Shown: one piece after another, positions 1 to 14,257 of the stretch | Layout: each line of letters begins with the position of its first letter | Numbering within the stretch: the first letter of the stretch is position 1 | NCBI GenBank assembly: GCA_028534125.1 | Contig: CM052816.1 | Coordinates: forward strand, 60,390,001 to 60,454,000 | DNA: 64,000 nucleotides | From: Lama glama | Lineage: Eukaryota | Direction of reading: 5' to 3' | Translations under genes and position numbers: made by a program | The notes under the pieces: model-generated | What the model was told of the DNA's origin: nothing | Database searches by the model: none | Seen by the model: the letters and a program-made list of their open reading frames with translations, nothing else

Positions 1-1263
1 TCGGTCCTCCCACTTTTTTCCTCCTCAGTCACCTCCAGTCTGACCTTCCACTGACACAGCTCCTCCTGTATTCCAGTCATGAGCATCACCTCGGTTCTCT
101 TCAATCATTTCAGCCTGAGAGTGGTTCCTTCTTCCTGTGGGGATTCCCTGGCAAGTGTTCACATTTCTCCCTCTTTTCGCAAGCACATTTTAAAGACAGG
201 AAGAACGTGATGGAACTCAAGATGGAAAGGGGAGAGAGAGAGAGAGGCTGTGTTATTTTGAAACTATTCTACCTAACACGCAGAACACGCTTATGTTCTA
301 AGCCATTTTTTAAAATACAGATTCAAAAGAACATGGTTAAAGAAAAATGAAGGGTAGAAATGACTGCTGAAGTTTCACACCTAAGCCGCTGTACAAGCTT
401 AATGGCCCCATTTAAAAACCTCACATCATCAGGTAACTAACTACATATGATTCTATATAAAAGGTAATTCAATGAACAAGATTCTGTATAGAGAATATAA
501 CATAATTACCTAATTGATAAACTAAGTATGATTCCAATTACTCACTGCTGGAAGCTTTTCCTACAATAACAGGAGCAGCTACCACTGCTGTCCCCAGGTA
601 CCTCACCTCTGGACAGGCACACAGACAGCTGAGGGGCAGCACCTGCCGCTGCCCTCCCCCCGGGTGGGCACTCAGGCACTCCCATCTCTGAGGAGCTGTC
701 CCATGCAAGGCAGACACACCAGCTACACAAGTGCCAGGACCTTCGACAGCCTCCATGGGGCTCAGGGATGAGGACCCGCGGGGTTCTAGGTTACTCAGAC
801 AATTTGCCTGAGAGTATGTGCTAAGTCAGAGTCTGCAGAGCAGCCTGGGAACTCACTCATTATTTCTGGCATAGCTTCCCTGGGGAAACGCCTTCAGAGG
901 TCTTCAACAAGCGATCTGAAGGCGAACTGATAAAAAAGTGCTCATTTGAAAACCTGTGGCTGTTCACGGAAAAGCAACTAAAAATGAGGCTCTCACTCAA
1001 TGGGAGATTCTGCCTCCAAGGATTTTTGTTTGATCCTTTCAGTCACTGAGACCTTGAGCCAGTGATTTTGCCTCTGTGTGTCTAAGTTTCACTAGTTTGT
1101 AAAATGGAGTTCATAACACTGAGTCTTGCAACCAAGAAGTGGTCAATGTGTTCAAGTATTTCCTTCCTCAGAGAAGAGTTGTAAAAGCTCAGGATATGTT
1201 AAACAGAATTCTAAGAAGATCCCAATAACCTGCACTCCTGTATACTTCCCCTTCCCTGTCCAC

Positions 1264-1621
1264 TGTGGCCAGACCCATCAAGATGATAGAATACCACGCC
1301 CATGCTTTGATTACTAATAAGCTGACTTCAAGTGATTCAAAAAGAAATGGTCCTGTGTGGGCCTGACCTAATCAGGGAACCTTTAAAGAAGGTGAAGCAG
1401 CAGAGAATGGCTTTCTGTCCTTGCTCAAAGAAGATGGAAGACACTGTGAGCTCTGCAATTGTAAGGAGTTGAATTCTGCTGACCATGTGAGCTGGGAAGA
1501 GAATAGAGATGAGCCCGGACCTGACTTCTGATGTCCAGAACTGGGAGATAATAAGTGGCTGTTGTTTTAAGCCATTAAGTTTATGGCAATTTGTTACACA
1601 GCAATAGAAAAAACTAATACA
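1264..1621 (+). mobile_element. ERVL-MaLR solo LTR (MLT1 family)
   Basis: Internal gggcctgacctaatcag...ctttaaaga motif and typical MLT1 end gttgttttaagccattaagtttatggcaatttgttacacagcaatagaaaaactaataca. Confidence 0.8.
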
Positions 1622-2974
1622 GAACATAGCTATAAATTTATGTTTCTATAACCACTGTGTAAAAAGGCATCAGAAGTAACACAGTACACATGTATTAGAA
1701 AGAAAAAGGGAGAGGGAGGGGAGAGACTTAATTTGTATTGGGCCAGGCTCTCTGGTAGATGCTTTCCAAATGCTATCTTTTATAAAGAAACAATTTTATT
1801 TAAAAAACAATTCTAGTGTCTTCTATTACTCTAAAATAAAGTTTCAAATTAAAGCCCAATTACCACCAACTTAACAAAAGTTTTAACTTCCTTATCATGA
1901 CAGAAATCTTTTAATTAGCAAAAGGATGTAATCCAAAGATGGCTTTAAAGATCCCTATTTTAAAAACATTCAGAACAAACAATGTGTAGGTGATTGTAAC
2001 CTTTAAAACAACTACACAAAATAAAAATATTGCTCATCATATTGGTCATTCAGAACCAATTTTCTCTGTTAATAAGAAAACTAACCCATTATCTTAAAAA
2101 TAGATGCAACATAACCCATAAAGCAATGCAGAAAGCAATTAACTGCACCAAAGACATTCAGAATAAAATATGAATTGTGACCTATTTTTTTTTGAAATAG
2201 CAAAACCAGAAAATACTCCACAATGTTTTAAAAATAGGAATTGTACGCAGCCAAAAAGCAAAAGTAGGGAGAGGTTTATGTGCACCTTAAAAATATCAGC
2301 ATCTATGTATGATACGCAGCGTTAATGTCACAAGATCCCTTGAGGTTCCTTAAACACTGAAATTGACTTCACAGAGAAGACCGGTGAATGCAAAGCCTAC
2401 CTTTGCAACTTCAGACTTATTTTGGAATTTCTACCATTTATCATGCTGTAACTTTGATCCCTCAAAAAAAAAGAAAAGCATATGTATCAAGCATAGCCTC
2501 AAAACATCTCAGAATGCTACCACAGTGAAAAGGCAGCACTGTTCTTAGGTAAGCACATCTTCCTCCATATTATAATTGACAGCCCAGTGATCCAGGTGAA
2601 AGAATGGAAATATTCAAATAAATACTAAAAAGTTTTAGGCACTATTAATAGTCATTTTTGCTGAAAGACAGAACTTGATGAAGTGAATTCACCATGCAAT
2701 TCCATTAAATAAATGAGCCTCTTGGAATTTGCTGTTAATTTTATATAGAAATATTTCAGCTGCTGTGCTATAGCTTCCATGAGATAATGAAAACAAAAGC
2801 TATTCAGGGTTGTCAAACTTCCCTACAGTCACTGCTTACTTCTTAAAAGCAGTAACAACTTCAGAAAACCAGGAAGAATCTTTAAATATTCCTTAATCAC
2901 AGAGTCTGACCTCTGTATTTCAACCAAAATGTGAACAGGCATGTTTTACTAGAAATGCTAACCACAGCTTTCAT

Positions 2975-3150
2975 CCCTAAGTGCTTTTTGGTGAGTACTT
3001 GACATGCATTATCACATTTAATTCTATGAGGTAGATACTGTCATCAACCTCATCTCATTGGTAATGAAACTAAGACCTAGGTTATTTAACTTGTCCATAG
3101 TTAAGTGTGATGTTAAGTAGTAGAACTGGGCTGGCCAGTCCCTAAAGCCA
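2975..3150 (-). mobile_element. MIR SINE fragment
   Basis: ctatgaggtagatact...tgaaactaagac...aacttgtccatag resembles the MIR core. Confidence 0.6.
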
Positions 3151-3889
3151 AAATAAGTAAGCAATTCTCAAGTGTTAACTATCTTTCACGAAGTAATTAC
3201 CCTTAATAAAACATGAGAGGTGTGACATCTATCACAGCTACTTTACTATGACAGGGAAAAATGAATGGAAATTTTCGTACCTATGTATGCCAATAATCTA
3301 ACAATTTTAGACTTACAAGAGAACAACACACTTGCACGCTCACTCTCACACACACATACCCTCTTATGCTGGTATCAACAAAGTGTTACCTCAAACTGCA
3401 TGAAAACTACTAGCTCCTTAATTATGCCTAAGTAAATGTGTAACATGCAAATTAGGCAACAGTTACATTAATCAATTTATAAGCATAAAGTAAACTGACA
3501 TAATTAATCTAAGACCAACAAGAAAATAATTAAGAAACTTAACTGAGAACATAAAGCTATCATCAACAGCTTTTGTCATACAAGCTAAATTACAAGGGTA
3601 ATCATAAGATACGCACACACACAAGCTTGTATATATGACAGTCTGGAAAATAGAAAATGATGATTGTTCTTATGCATGTAGTTTAGAATCATGCTATGAA
3701 AGCTAGTTTTATCATCTTATATACTCTTCCGGAATAATTGTCAGAATACAAATCCAGATTTCTTTGTTGTAAAATAAAATATCATATTAATCACAAATAT
3801 TTTATATCTAGATCTAGAAAATATATTTTTAATGGAGATATTAAAGGTTGTATCTTAGATATAAGAAAATGTACAAGTTGGTAAGACAA

Positions 3890-4105
3890 GTATACACTCC
3901 CAGAGACATAATAGCAAATATATGAATAGATATTTCTCAGAAAAGAATGCCTAAAATTTGTCTAAAATAAATTCAGACAAAATATTTTATTAGTAAGTGA
4001 AATGCAAATTAAAGTCACAATGAATTATCACTTCACATATAAATTGGTAAAATACAAACAGAGTAAAAGTGCCTATCCTGGCAGGGATGAGGGAAAAGAC
4101 AATTC
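3890..4105 (+). mobile_element. Old L1 ORF2 3' fragment
   Basis: gaaatgcaaattaaagtcacaatgaattatcacttcac matches the L1 ORF2 'EMQIKTTMRYH' region. Confidence 0.6.
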
Positions 4106-4109
4106 TTTT

Positions 4110-4500
4110 CAAATCATTAGCTAGTGTAAATACATACATATATTATTTCTTCTCTCTAGTTCAATTTGAATATTTTCTGCTAACCTGTCTTCTAGTCCAT
4201 GAATGCTGTCTTCTGCTGGGTCTAATCTACTGTTAAACCTATTCAGAGAGTTCTTAATTTCAGATATGTATCTTTTGGTCATAAAATTTTCTATATGCCT
4301 CTTTTTCCACAACTTTCAATTCCATGGTGAAATTTTCTAATTTTTCATCTTTTTAAAAACATATTTGTAACTTTATTTTTAAGTCCCTACATTCTAACTT
4401 CAACCTCTGAGTTAAAATTGCAACTAGGTATTATGTTCTCTCTTTTCTCTCTTGTCTTTTGGTCATATGGCCTTGTCTCTCAGTGTAACTACAACTTTTG
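4110..4500 (-). mobile_element. Old L1 ORF1 fragment
   Basis: Minus-strand translation ISEIKNSLNRFNSRLDPAEDSIHGLEDR resembles the L1 ORF1p coiled coil. Confidence 0.7.
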
Positions 4501-4837
4501 ATTATCAGGTGTTGTGTAAAAAAAAATTGAAAAATCTAAATCCGTGTTTCCACCACACTATGCAGGACATTTTAATAACACAGATACACTGTATATCTCT
4601 TTATGTGTTTTGATCTTTGAAAAAGCACAAGACATTGTAATATTCAATATTTCTTCACCCTTTAAGAACCAAGATATCCCCCCTTGGGAAAAATAATAGC
4701 CCCCATGAGAATTCATGCTCTAAATACTGTTACCTTATACCAAAAAGGGTTATTCTTCCTCTTCTGGGCTGAGAATTAATCACATGAATCCAAGCACAGC
4801 CTGAGCTGATTCAAGCTTGGTTGCACTTTTGGGATGA

Positions 4838-5110
<273 letters not shown>

Positions 5111-5859
5111 TAAATGCTGGCTGAAGCCTTGGGAGTGGACAGGTCATCTTCTAGAGAAGGGCTGTCCCAAAGGGCAGAGGTATCTGAGTACCAAGGGGAT
5201 AAAGGAGCCTGGGTTGCCCCCATCCTGCTGAGGGAGTTCCCCTTGCTGTCCATCCTCTGGGAATTGTATACACACTATAAATATATAATGGGGAAAGGCA
5301 TGGGTGGGGAAGGGTTGTGGGGCTAGGGCCTCACTTCCCCTCCTCCCACCTCCCCTGATCCCCTATCCCTGGGGTTATTTGTTAAAAAAGAATAGTAAAA
5401 GGATTTTTAAAAATTTCCAACCACTCTCCCCCAAACTCTAAACTAGAACATAAAAATTATCATTCGCACTGTAGAACCAATCAAGACAGTGATCTTCTGA
5501 TTAAAGGGGATCAGTCCACTCAATTCAGGCAATTTATTCATTTCTTGAAGCTATTTTCTCTTTCTGGGTGGCAAACAACTCTCAATTAAATATGAACAAA
5601 ACACTATGTGACAAGACTACTATGCAACTTAAGAAAAAAGTTCAGTTTTATGTCCCTTTTAATTGTAGCATTTCTTACACTAGTGAGTACATTTCACACT
5701 AACAGTCTTTTGCTTTACAAGGCACTAGAACCATTCCAGGAGCAAACCATCTACCATGATTGTTATATAATACTTACTTAAGAACAGAGTCCAATGCAGT
5801 ATGACAGTAAAAAAAAAAAAAAGAGGTAAAAATACTGAAGAATAAAAATTATTTGTACA

Positions 5860-6600
5860 TAATATAATTTTATGTCAATAAAGGCAAACACAATCAAATT
5901 GAAAGGCAAAGATAATCAAATTGACTGAAAAACTATCAGAGTTAAAAAAAAAAAGTCAAGCAGCCTGTACAGATCCCATATACATATACAAAATCCATTA
6001 GTTTTGCTATCACTGGCAAAAAAATATAATTTAAAATATCCTATTTGCATATTTTAAAAACTTAAAAATACTTCAAGGTATCTTAATGAGAAAACTGTGT
6101 GATCTATAAGATCTATTTTACAGAGGAACAAATATCAGCATTGTTAAGGTGAATGTAGTAAATGTTCCTAGAAGAAAAAAAGATACCGTAAGATGACATT
6201 TCCCTCTAAATGATATGTATACTTTTAATATTCCACTTAGGGAAATATCTCATGGTGAATGAAACTCAAATATGATTCTAATATTTACCCAGAGGAAAAA
6301 AACATGAATAGGTTAAAAATTTAAAAAAAAAATAAGAGATGAGTCTATCACATAAAAACCTGAGAAAGAAGAGTAAACATGAAAAGCTATGTCTACAGTT
6401 GTTAAAAACAATATGGTACTGGTTAAAGAAAATACAGAACACAGATACAAACAAGAGTTACAGGACATATACTAAATATGATGAGATATAATAAATCAGC
6501 AGGGAGAGAATTATTTAGTAATGGGAGAAGGGAATTACTGGTTAGCAAAAAAGGAAGAAAATTCTATTCTACTATGTACCAGAATAGATTACAAGTCCCC
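5860..6600 (+). mobile_element. Highly diverged L1 (L1ME-like) ORF2 fragment
   Basis: Degenerate L1 motifs: atatacaaaatcc, atgacattt, aaaaacaatatggtactggt. Confidence 0.55.
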
Positions 6601-7480
6601 TCATACAACAAATCCATTTATACAACAGATTTTTTGTGCCTACTGGTGCCAGACACTGTTAGGTATTGGAGATTCCAAGCTGAAGAGACAGTCTAGTAGT
6701 ATAATAAATGAAGTAAAAATAAAATAAATTAAGGAGCACATGTGAAAGTGCACTGAGGTCCCCCAATACCTTCTAGTGGGAAATATCTTACTATGCTAAT
6801 CTGAATAAGCACTGATGAAACTCAGAATGTGCTCTGTGTGTCCTAATCACTGCACCTCCCAATGCCTTCATACCCAATCGTACAGTGCCTGACACACAGC
6901 AGGTGCTCAAGTTATTTATGGAATAACAAATTACTTGAAGTATTTTAAAGTAAAATGACTGCTCTTCTGTGTGTGTTGCACACAGAAAAGCCTGGACTCT
7001 TGTTCTTCTACTTCCAAAGAGAGAAAGTTTACTGCATTTTGTTATTGGTAGAATGGTTGGAGGGACAGAAAGCAAAGGGGAAGATTTCAATAAAGAAAAA
7101 GAAAGATAACATTTTCCATTATGGCAAGCACTGTACCTAGGAGGAGAGAGGGGGTAAAGGCAAAGAACTAAGAACTGGATGCAAGTACCTCTGAGTAGAA
7201 AGGAGATACTGCTAAAAAGTGCAAGCCCAAGAGCAAACAGCCGAACACTTCAGTTTTATGACTTTCTAAAAGCAAACACTGGCGGCGTAAGAGCTCAGAG
7301 ATGAAGATTACCTAAGAAAAAGATACTTCTGGGAAAAGAAATAAAAAGGACTTTTTCATTTACTGACATTATGAAGTCTTTTTTATTGCATTTATTTAAC
7401 ACACCTACATGATGTTTAATACACACCAGGAACTGTTCAAGGTGATTTTACAAATATTATTTCATTTCATATTTCACACT

Positions 7481-9520
7481 GATGAAAGTCGTCAAAGAAA
7501 ACACCAGTGAAAGGAAAGATACACCATTCTCATGGCTTGGAAGAATTAACACCATTAAAATGACCATATTACCCAAGGCAATCTATAGCTTCAGTAAAAT
7601 CCATAATAAATTACCAAGGTCACTTTTCACAAAACTAGAACAAAGGATTCTAAAATTTTTATAGAAACACTAAAGATGCTGAACAGCCAAAACAATCTTG
7701 AGAACGAAGAATAAAGCTGGAGGTATCACACGCCCTGATTTCAAACTATACTACAAAGCTACAGTAATCAAAACAGTATGGTACTGGCATTAAAAACACA
7801 CACAGATCAATGGAACTGAAAGAATAGAAAGCCCAGAAATTAACCCACTTATATGGTCAATTAATCTACAACAAAGGAGACAAGAATATACAATGGAGAA
7901 AAGATAATCTCTTCAATAAACAATGTTGGGAAAACTTGACAGCTATATGCAAAAGAAACTGGACTACTTTCTCAAACCACACACAAAAATGAACTCAAAA
8001 TGGATTAAAGACATAAATATAAGACCTGAAACCATAAAATTTCTAGAATAAAACATAGGCAATATGCTTTTTAACAATATTTTTTGAACATGCCTCCTCA
8101 GGCCAGGGAAACAAAAGCAAACATAACCAAAAAATGGGACAGCTCAAACCAAAAAGCTTTTGCACAGCAAAGAAAACCATCAACAAAATGAAAAGGCTGC
8201 CTACTGAATGGGAGAAGATACTTACAAATGACATATACAATACAGGTTAATATCCAGAAACATACAAAGAACTCATACAACATCAAAAAAATAAAACAAA
8301 ACAAACAAAAGCCAAACAACCATATTAAAAACTGGGTAGAGGACCCGAATCAATATTTTCCAAAGACATACAGATGGCTAACAAGCACAGTAAAAATATG
8401 CTCAACATCACTAATCATTGGGGAATGCAAACCAAACAACAATGAGGTATCACCTCATATCTGTCAAAATGGCTATTATCAAAAAGACAACAAACAACAA
8501 GTTTTGGTGAGGATGTGGAGAGAGAGAAACGTTGTACATTATTGGTGGGAATGTAAACTAGTGCAGCTGCTATGGAAAACAGTGTGAAGATTCCTCAGAA
8601 AATTAAAAAAATAACTCTTATATGATCCAGCAAATTTACTCCAGGGTATTTATCAAAGGAAAATGAAAAAACTAATTTGGAAAAACACATGCATCCCTAT
8701 GTTCACTGTAGCATTATTTACAATAATCAAAACCTGAAAGTAACCTAAGTGCCCATTGATAAAGTGCCCAAGGATAAAGAAATTGTGGTATATATACACA
8801 ATGGAATACCACTCAGCAATAAAAAAGAATGAAATCTTGCCATTTGCAATAAAATGGATGGATCTAGAGTGTATTATGGTAAGCAAAATAAATCAAACAA
8901 GAGAAAGATAAATATTGTATGAGTTCACTTCTATGTGAAATCTAAAAAACAGATGAATAAACATAACAAAACAGAAACAGTCATAGAGAACAAACAAGTG
9001 GTTGTTGGGGTAGGAGAGAGAGAAATAGGTCAGGGAGATTAAGGGGTCCAAACTTCTAGTTACAAAATAAATGAGTCTGGGGTATGAAATGTACAGTGTG
9101 GGAAATACAGTCAATAATAATGTCACATCTTTATAAGGTGACAGATGGTAACCAGACATCATGGTCATCATTTTGAAATGTTTGAAATCACTATGTTGTA
9201 CACCAGAAACTAATATACTCTGGGAGGTCAATTATACTTCAAAAACAAACTCACAGAAAAAAGGATTAGGTATTTAGTTACCAGACCAGGGGTAGGGTGG
9301 GGTGGGAGGAAGGGAGAACTGGATAGAAGTAGCCAAAAGGTATAAACTTCTAGCTATAAAATAATAAATATTCAACAAAATTATTGTGGCAATTATTTCA
9401 CGATGTATATAATGCAAATCATTGTGCTGTACACCTTAAATTTACATAGTGCTGTATATTGATTATATCTTAAGGAAACTATAAAAGAAAAAAAGTAAAA
9501 CATCTCTCATAAAGAAAAAA
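7481..9520 (+). mobile_element. 5'-truncated L1 (ORF2 3' part plus 3' UTR) inserted into a MIR
   Basis: Translates to PFSWLGRINTIKMTILPKAIYSF and CSTSLII...[13 protein letters not shown] (L1 ORF2p), followed by an L1 3' UTR and A-rich tail. MIR halves flank it at ~7400-7470 and ~9660-9800. Confidence 0.92.
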
Positions 9521-9939
9521 AAGAATTTGAGAGGAACAAAATAATAAAAATAGTCCACAAAAAATGTAGGCCCATTAATATGCATGTAATTAAAAGACAT
9601 GACAATGTAATAAAAATAAATTTCATTTACGCAGCACAAAAATATCACCAAATATTATTTACTTTAATCTTTATAATAACCCATGATTCGAGTGTCATAA
9701 CCATGTCCATTGTACAGCAGAAGAAACTGAGTACCAGAGATGTTCTAATTAGCTTGACCAAGATTGTGTATCTATGAAGTGGTTAAGACAGGATTTAAAA
9801 TTATGCTGTTATAAAGAAGTCCCCATTGATATAATTCATCCCAAATGCAAGACCCTCTAGCATTTTCTTCATTTAAGGTGGGAATAACAGAATGACAAGA
9901 AATAAATAGAGAAGTCAAAGAAGAGGTGGCGACCGGAGT

Positions 9940-10100
9940 TTTAACCCTCTATCAGTGGCCAACGATGAGGCTCTAGGCAAGTTAATAATCTTTCTGGGCC
10001 TTGGTTTTCACATCAGTTAAATGGAGACAATACACCTAGCCTCCGAAATTAAGGACTGACTGAGGGAAAAAATAGTGTATGGCGAAGCACCTGGCACCAT
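9940..10100 (+). mobile_element. MIR SINE fragment
   Basis: ggcaagttaataatctttctgggccttggttttcacatcagttaaatggagacaatac matches the MIR core. Confidence 0.7.
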
Positions 10101-10559
10101 GGAGCACAAAGCTGGAGCAAGGGCGGCGCATGCAGCTATGGCTACACCAGTATTGTGTGTTGCACTAAGTAAGAAGCTAGCAAAGCTCCTCGTGGAGTCT
10201 CCCAGAACAGGAAAGATGGCTCAGATAAAGTAAAGGAGTTGATGGATAACTAGGTTGGAAAAGGGCAGAAGGACAGTTTCTGTGGGTAGCAAGGAGGTTG
10301 CAAAGTTACAATACGATCTGCTCCGCAGGCACCTTGGAAGTCAGTACTTCCTCTGATAAAAGAGCTAATAACAGTAAGAGTCCACCAACACCTACACCAA
10401 GAACGCTGCACAGTGTCAACATCCAACGACTAAGCTGAGCAACGGGGAAGCTCCTTCTCAGACCCTTACTTGTGCACTCTGCACATAAAAGGAACAAAAA
10501 ATCAGATCCTCTGAATACCTTCCTTCTCATACTAGTAGTACTGTCAGGTGTCAGCACAC

Positions 10560-10750
10560 GTTCCTTGGTGCCTAGCATGTGCCAAGCACCATACAGAGCA
10601 TTTTTGAGGCACCATCTCACTAAACCCTCATAAAGATCCTATTTCTATCTTTCCCATTTTAAATGAGGCTAAGTCACACAGCTGTGAGTGGCAGGACTAG
10701 GCTGGAAGAGAAACTTACCTCCTGAAAAAAAGCATATGATCTTAACTCTA
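10560..10750 (-). mobile_element. MIR SINE fragment
   Basis: atgtgccaagcacc...cccattttaaatgaggctaagtcacacagct...atgatcttaac. Confidence 0.6.
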
Positions 10751-13700
10751 GTAGTTACTGCTCTCAAATATACTGTTTATGGGGAAATCTTTAGAGAAAG
10801 CATGGAATCACCAAGTCAAAGCACCATGCTTCCACTCACGCAGAGGTCCACCACCTTTTAACTCATTAACATCAGGTTGGCAGACATTTTTCCCTATCCC
10901 ACGCTTGGGATTCCTCCTTGGCTGCTAAGTTAACTTACTGACAATAGGTGAAAGAGTTCAAAGCAAGACTGGATTTTGAATAGGAGACAAGCAAAGACAA
11001 ATACAAAACAAACAAACAAACAAAAAACAACCAAAAAACTTAGATCCAAATAATTATTTCTGCAAAATACAGGAAGACAAGGAGCAATTAAACCTGGGCT
11101 CACCTATTTCAAGTATAAATATTAAATCAGACTACTTATAAATCAAGTTCTATCCATTAATGTATTAACAGTAATTTGTACCAATTCTGGCCTTTTATAT
11201 ATTCTATGCCAGTGTTCCTCAAAGTGGAGTCTAAAAGTCTTTTTTGGGGAAATACGAATACTTGATAAAGTAAAAAAATTTGTTTTGGTTGACATTTCAT
11301 TGATACTTTGCAACAACTATCCTTTAATTTCACACTGCTCGATGATTCCAGTGCCACATCTCCACTTGTGTTAATGGTCAAGTTGGCGGAGTAGCACTCT
11401 TTCAGTTGCCCTGAGCTAATGAGAAAAGATCAGAGGCCCAAGTACACAAGTGAAATGAGGGCCAGAAGATATCACGGAGCAACAAGGATCTATCACTGAA
11501 GGCTTTTTATTAGAAAAATCACAGGAGAACTGGTTTCACATTGCATATGATAAATACGACAACTCAAAATACAAACAAATGAAGCAAGCAGGTGCCTTAG
11601 CAGTCAACAGTATATTAAGATTGCTTAAGAATGAGTTCGTTTTGGCAAAGTATTATCAGTAATATGTAATATTGCTGTTGTTACTTTAAATGTTACTCTG
11701 CAGTTTTGTTCTATTTGTTTTAATTTGTTTTAGATGTAGGGGTAAAACTGTTAAATACAGGTTTACCTGACTTTTTCCTTTGTACATAATTAAATATCAT
11801 TAAAATAAATATATTTAAGTTGACATTATGGGTGTGAAACAATTTCTCTTTTAAAGGAGCTCGCACATCCTTCAAATTAGAACACTTCTAAATGCACGGT
11901 CACAAACTACACGGGTTTGGAAAGCACTGAACTGGTCAGCATCCTCCACAAGCTGCCACTCTGCTGTTCTGCACTCCTCACAGAGCAAGTGTGAGGCCAA
12001 GTGCCTCTCCACAAGCAGCTTAACATTTAGGTAGAGAACAGGTCCATTTGAGGAAAACAAAATAATCCTTCTCAAGGAGGATTTTGAGAATGAGATGAAA
12101 GCTATTAGAAAACACACGCACACACAGACATTTATATACCATTTCAGGGAGCTTACAGATTCCAGAAAGCTGATCCTAGGATGAGAACACCTCAAAAATC
12201 AGAGAACAAGAATAATTTATAAAAGGCGAATTATTCTATTTAATTAGTAAGTGGAAATAAGATGATGACATGCAATCAGGAAAGAAATAAGTAGGGACCG
12301 AAAAATTTGAAAATAACTTGCTCGATTATTAAAAAATTCAGGAAAAATAATTAAATAGGTTTGGCTGGGGAAATTTTGCTCAAATACAAGTATACACAAT
12401 TCCAGATCTCATGATCTCACTTTCAAGTGGTCAAAATACAAAAATTCAATCATCACTGAAATATTTTTATTGATCAGAAATTTTAGTATGTAAGAGGGTC
12501 ATGGAGGACAATGTAGGCATAGGGAGTTATCAGAAATATAAGTACTCAGTTTACCCCAATTAAAGAGATATGGACAGAGTCTATGGATGGTTAAATGGAG
12601 TAATAAATGATAATAAACTTGAGATAAGCAAAGGATTAGTCATATTAGGCTTTGAAAGGCCAAAGAAATCTCTGGCTTCCCAATGTATATGAGCTTCAAA
12701 ATATGATTCCTGTTCAGATGAGAATTAAAAGATGAAACTATCAGATGAGAAATAATTATGAGGAGCTATGTTTACTGGCTGCAAAAGAACAACTAAGTAA
12801 TATTTTGAGAACCCCCAACACAATGTTTTGTTGAAATTTACTTTTAATCAAGTGCAGACTTTGAATAAATAAAAGGACTGAATTACTAAATGTCATGCTG
12901 TGTCAGAGAGAAAAACATCGAATTTCACTCCATCAAAGATTAATAGAAAAATCATAATAAAAACTATGCAAATTATTGCCATAGTTTAAGTAGATATCAA
13001 AGATTGCAGACATGCTCTAAGGAACAGAACTAATTGTCAACCCATGACCCATGCATAGCTAATAATCAACCCCAACGTGGAGCAAGCCTTCATCGCCTAT
13101 TCAGTTCATACTGTGGCTTTCAGGTCAAGGTTTCATCATTTCTGGTCTTAAATATGAACCAGCCATGCAAGGAATTTAATTCAAAGCACAAGCACAATTT
13201 CAACACAAGTTTATTTCGTCTTCTTTTTTCCCCCTCCATTTTTCCTTTTTATTTTCATGAGAAAACAAACTTATTTCTTGAAATATGCAAACTGTGGGGT
13301 AGCCTAGAGTTCCCGGTCACCTGCAGTTCTCTGAAATCACACTAACCAACCACATGAAAACAATGAAAATAAAGTCTCCTATGAAAAATTATGAAATTAC
13401 TATTTGAGTCAGAAACGAGAGGTTAAAACCAGATATTCAGTTCTAGGGTTGAACTCCTCTCTCCAGGCCCAAGAATTCCCTTATAAAACTGATGAGGCTA
13501 CTTTCCCACTAGAGAGGAAGAGCTTTTCCTGATGAAGACTTCCTACCTACTCAATTCCAGAAACTTCTCCGATAATTCAAACTGAAGTCTGACAAACAGG
13601 CACAACTATAAAAAGTCCTATTGATTAAGATCTTATGAACAGCAATTCAGGAGGGACAGTAAACGGAAGACAGGCAGTGTTACATTTCTTACCAGTTAGG

Positions 13701-14230
13701 TTATTATTTGAAGACAGTCTGTATACCATCACCACCCCTGAAAAAATATGCTGCATACTAACCTCTTTTACAGAGTTGCCATCATTTTCTGAAGACAACA
13801 TGGATCCAGGGCTCCTTCCAAGATGTCCTTTCAACACTGGTGATGCCATCTAACAGGATCACCATACTGGTTGAAATCTCACTGGCAGGTGACTAGAGAA
13901 ACTGGATGCTGCCCCTTTTCTACAGTATCTTAATATACACATGCCTTTTTGGTAGCAACACTGCTTTCAATATGATCTGAATATTTTTGGTGAAGAGGCC
14001 AGGGAGAGTATGGATAAATAAAACACAAATAATTTTCAAACTTTTTAGGTTGCTGCAGATTAACAACTGGAAGTTAATAAATGAAATCCAATGTAAAGTC
14101 ATGCCTAATTTTATTTCACTTACAAATGATAAGTATCACTTCATCAACAAAAGAAAACTGTTTGAATACAAGTTAGCTGGGCTCCCTGTACAGACCACAT
14201 CACCCCCCAAGCTTTGCCGCCCCAAATAAA

Positions 14231-14257
14231 ATACATACATACATACATACATACATA
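14231..14257. repeat. (ATAC)n microsatellite
   Basis: atacatacatacatacatacatacata seen directly. Confidence 0.9.

Noticed and set aside
13693..13892. Exon-like segments (87 nt at 13763-13849, MASPVLKGH...SVKE|gttagt; 45 nt at 13693-13737)
   Set aside because: All acceptor/donor combinations I tried contain stops in the phase 2 required in this MAST4 intron, and the peptide is not recognised. At most a non-coding or NMD exon.
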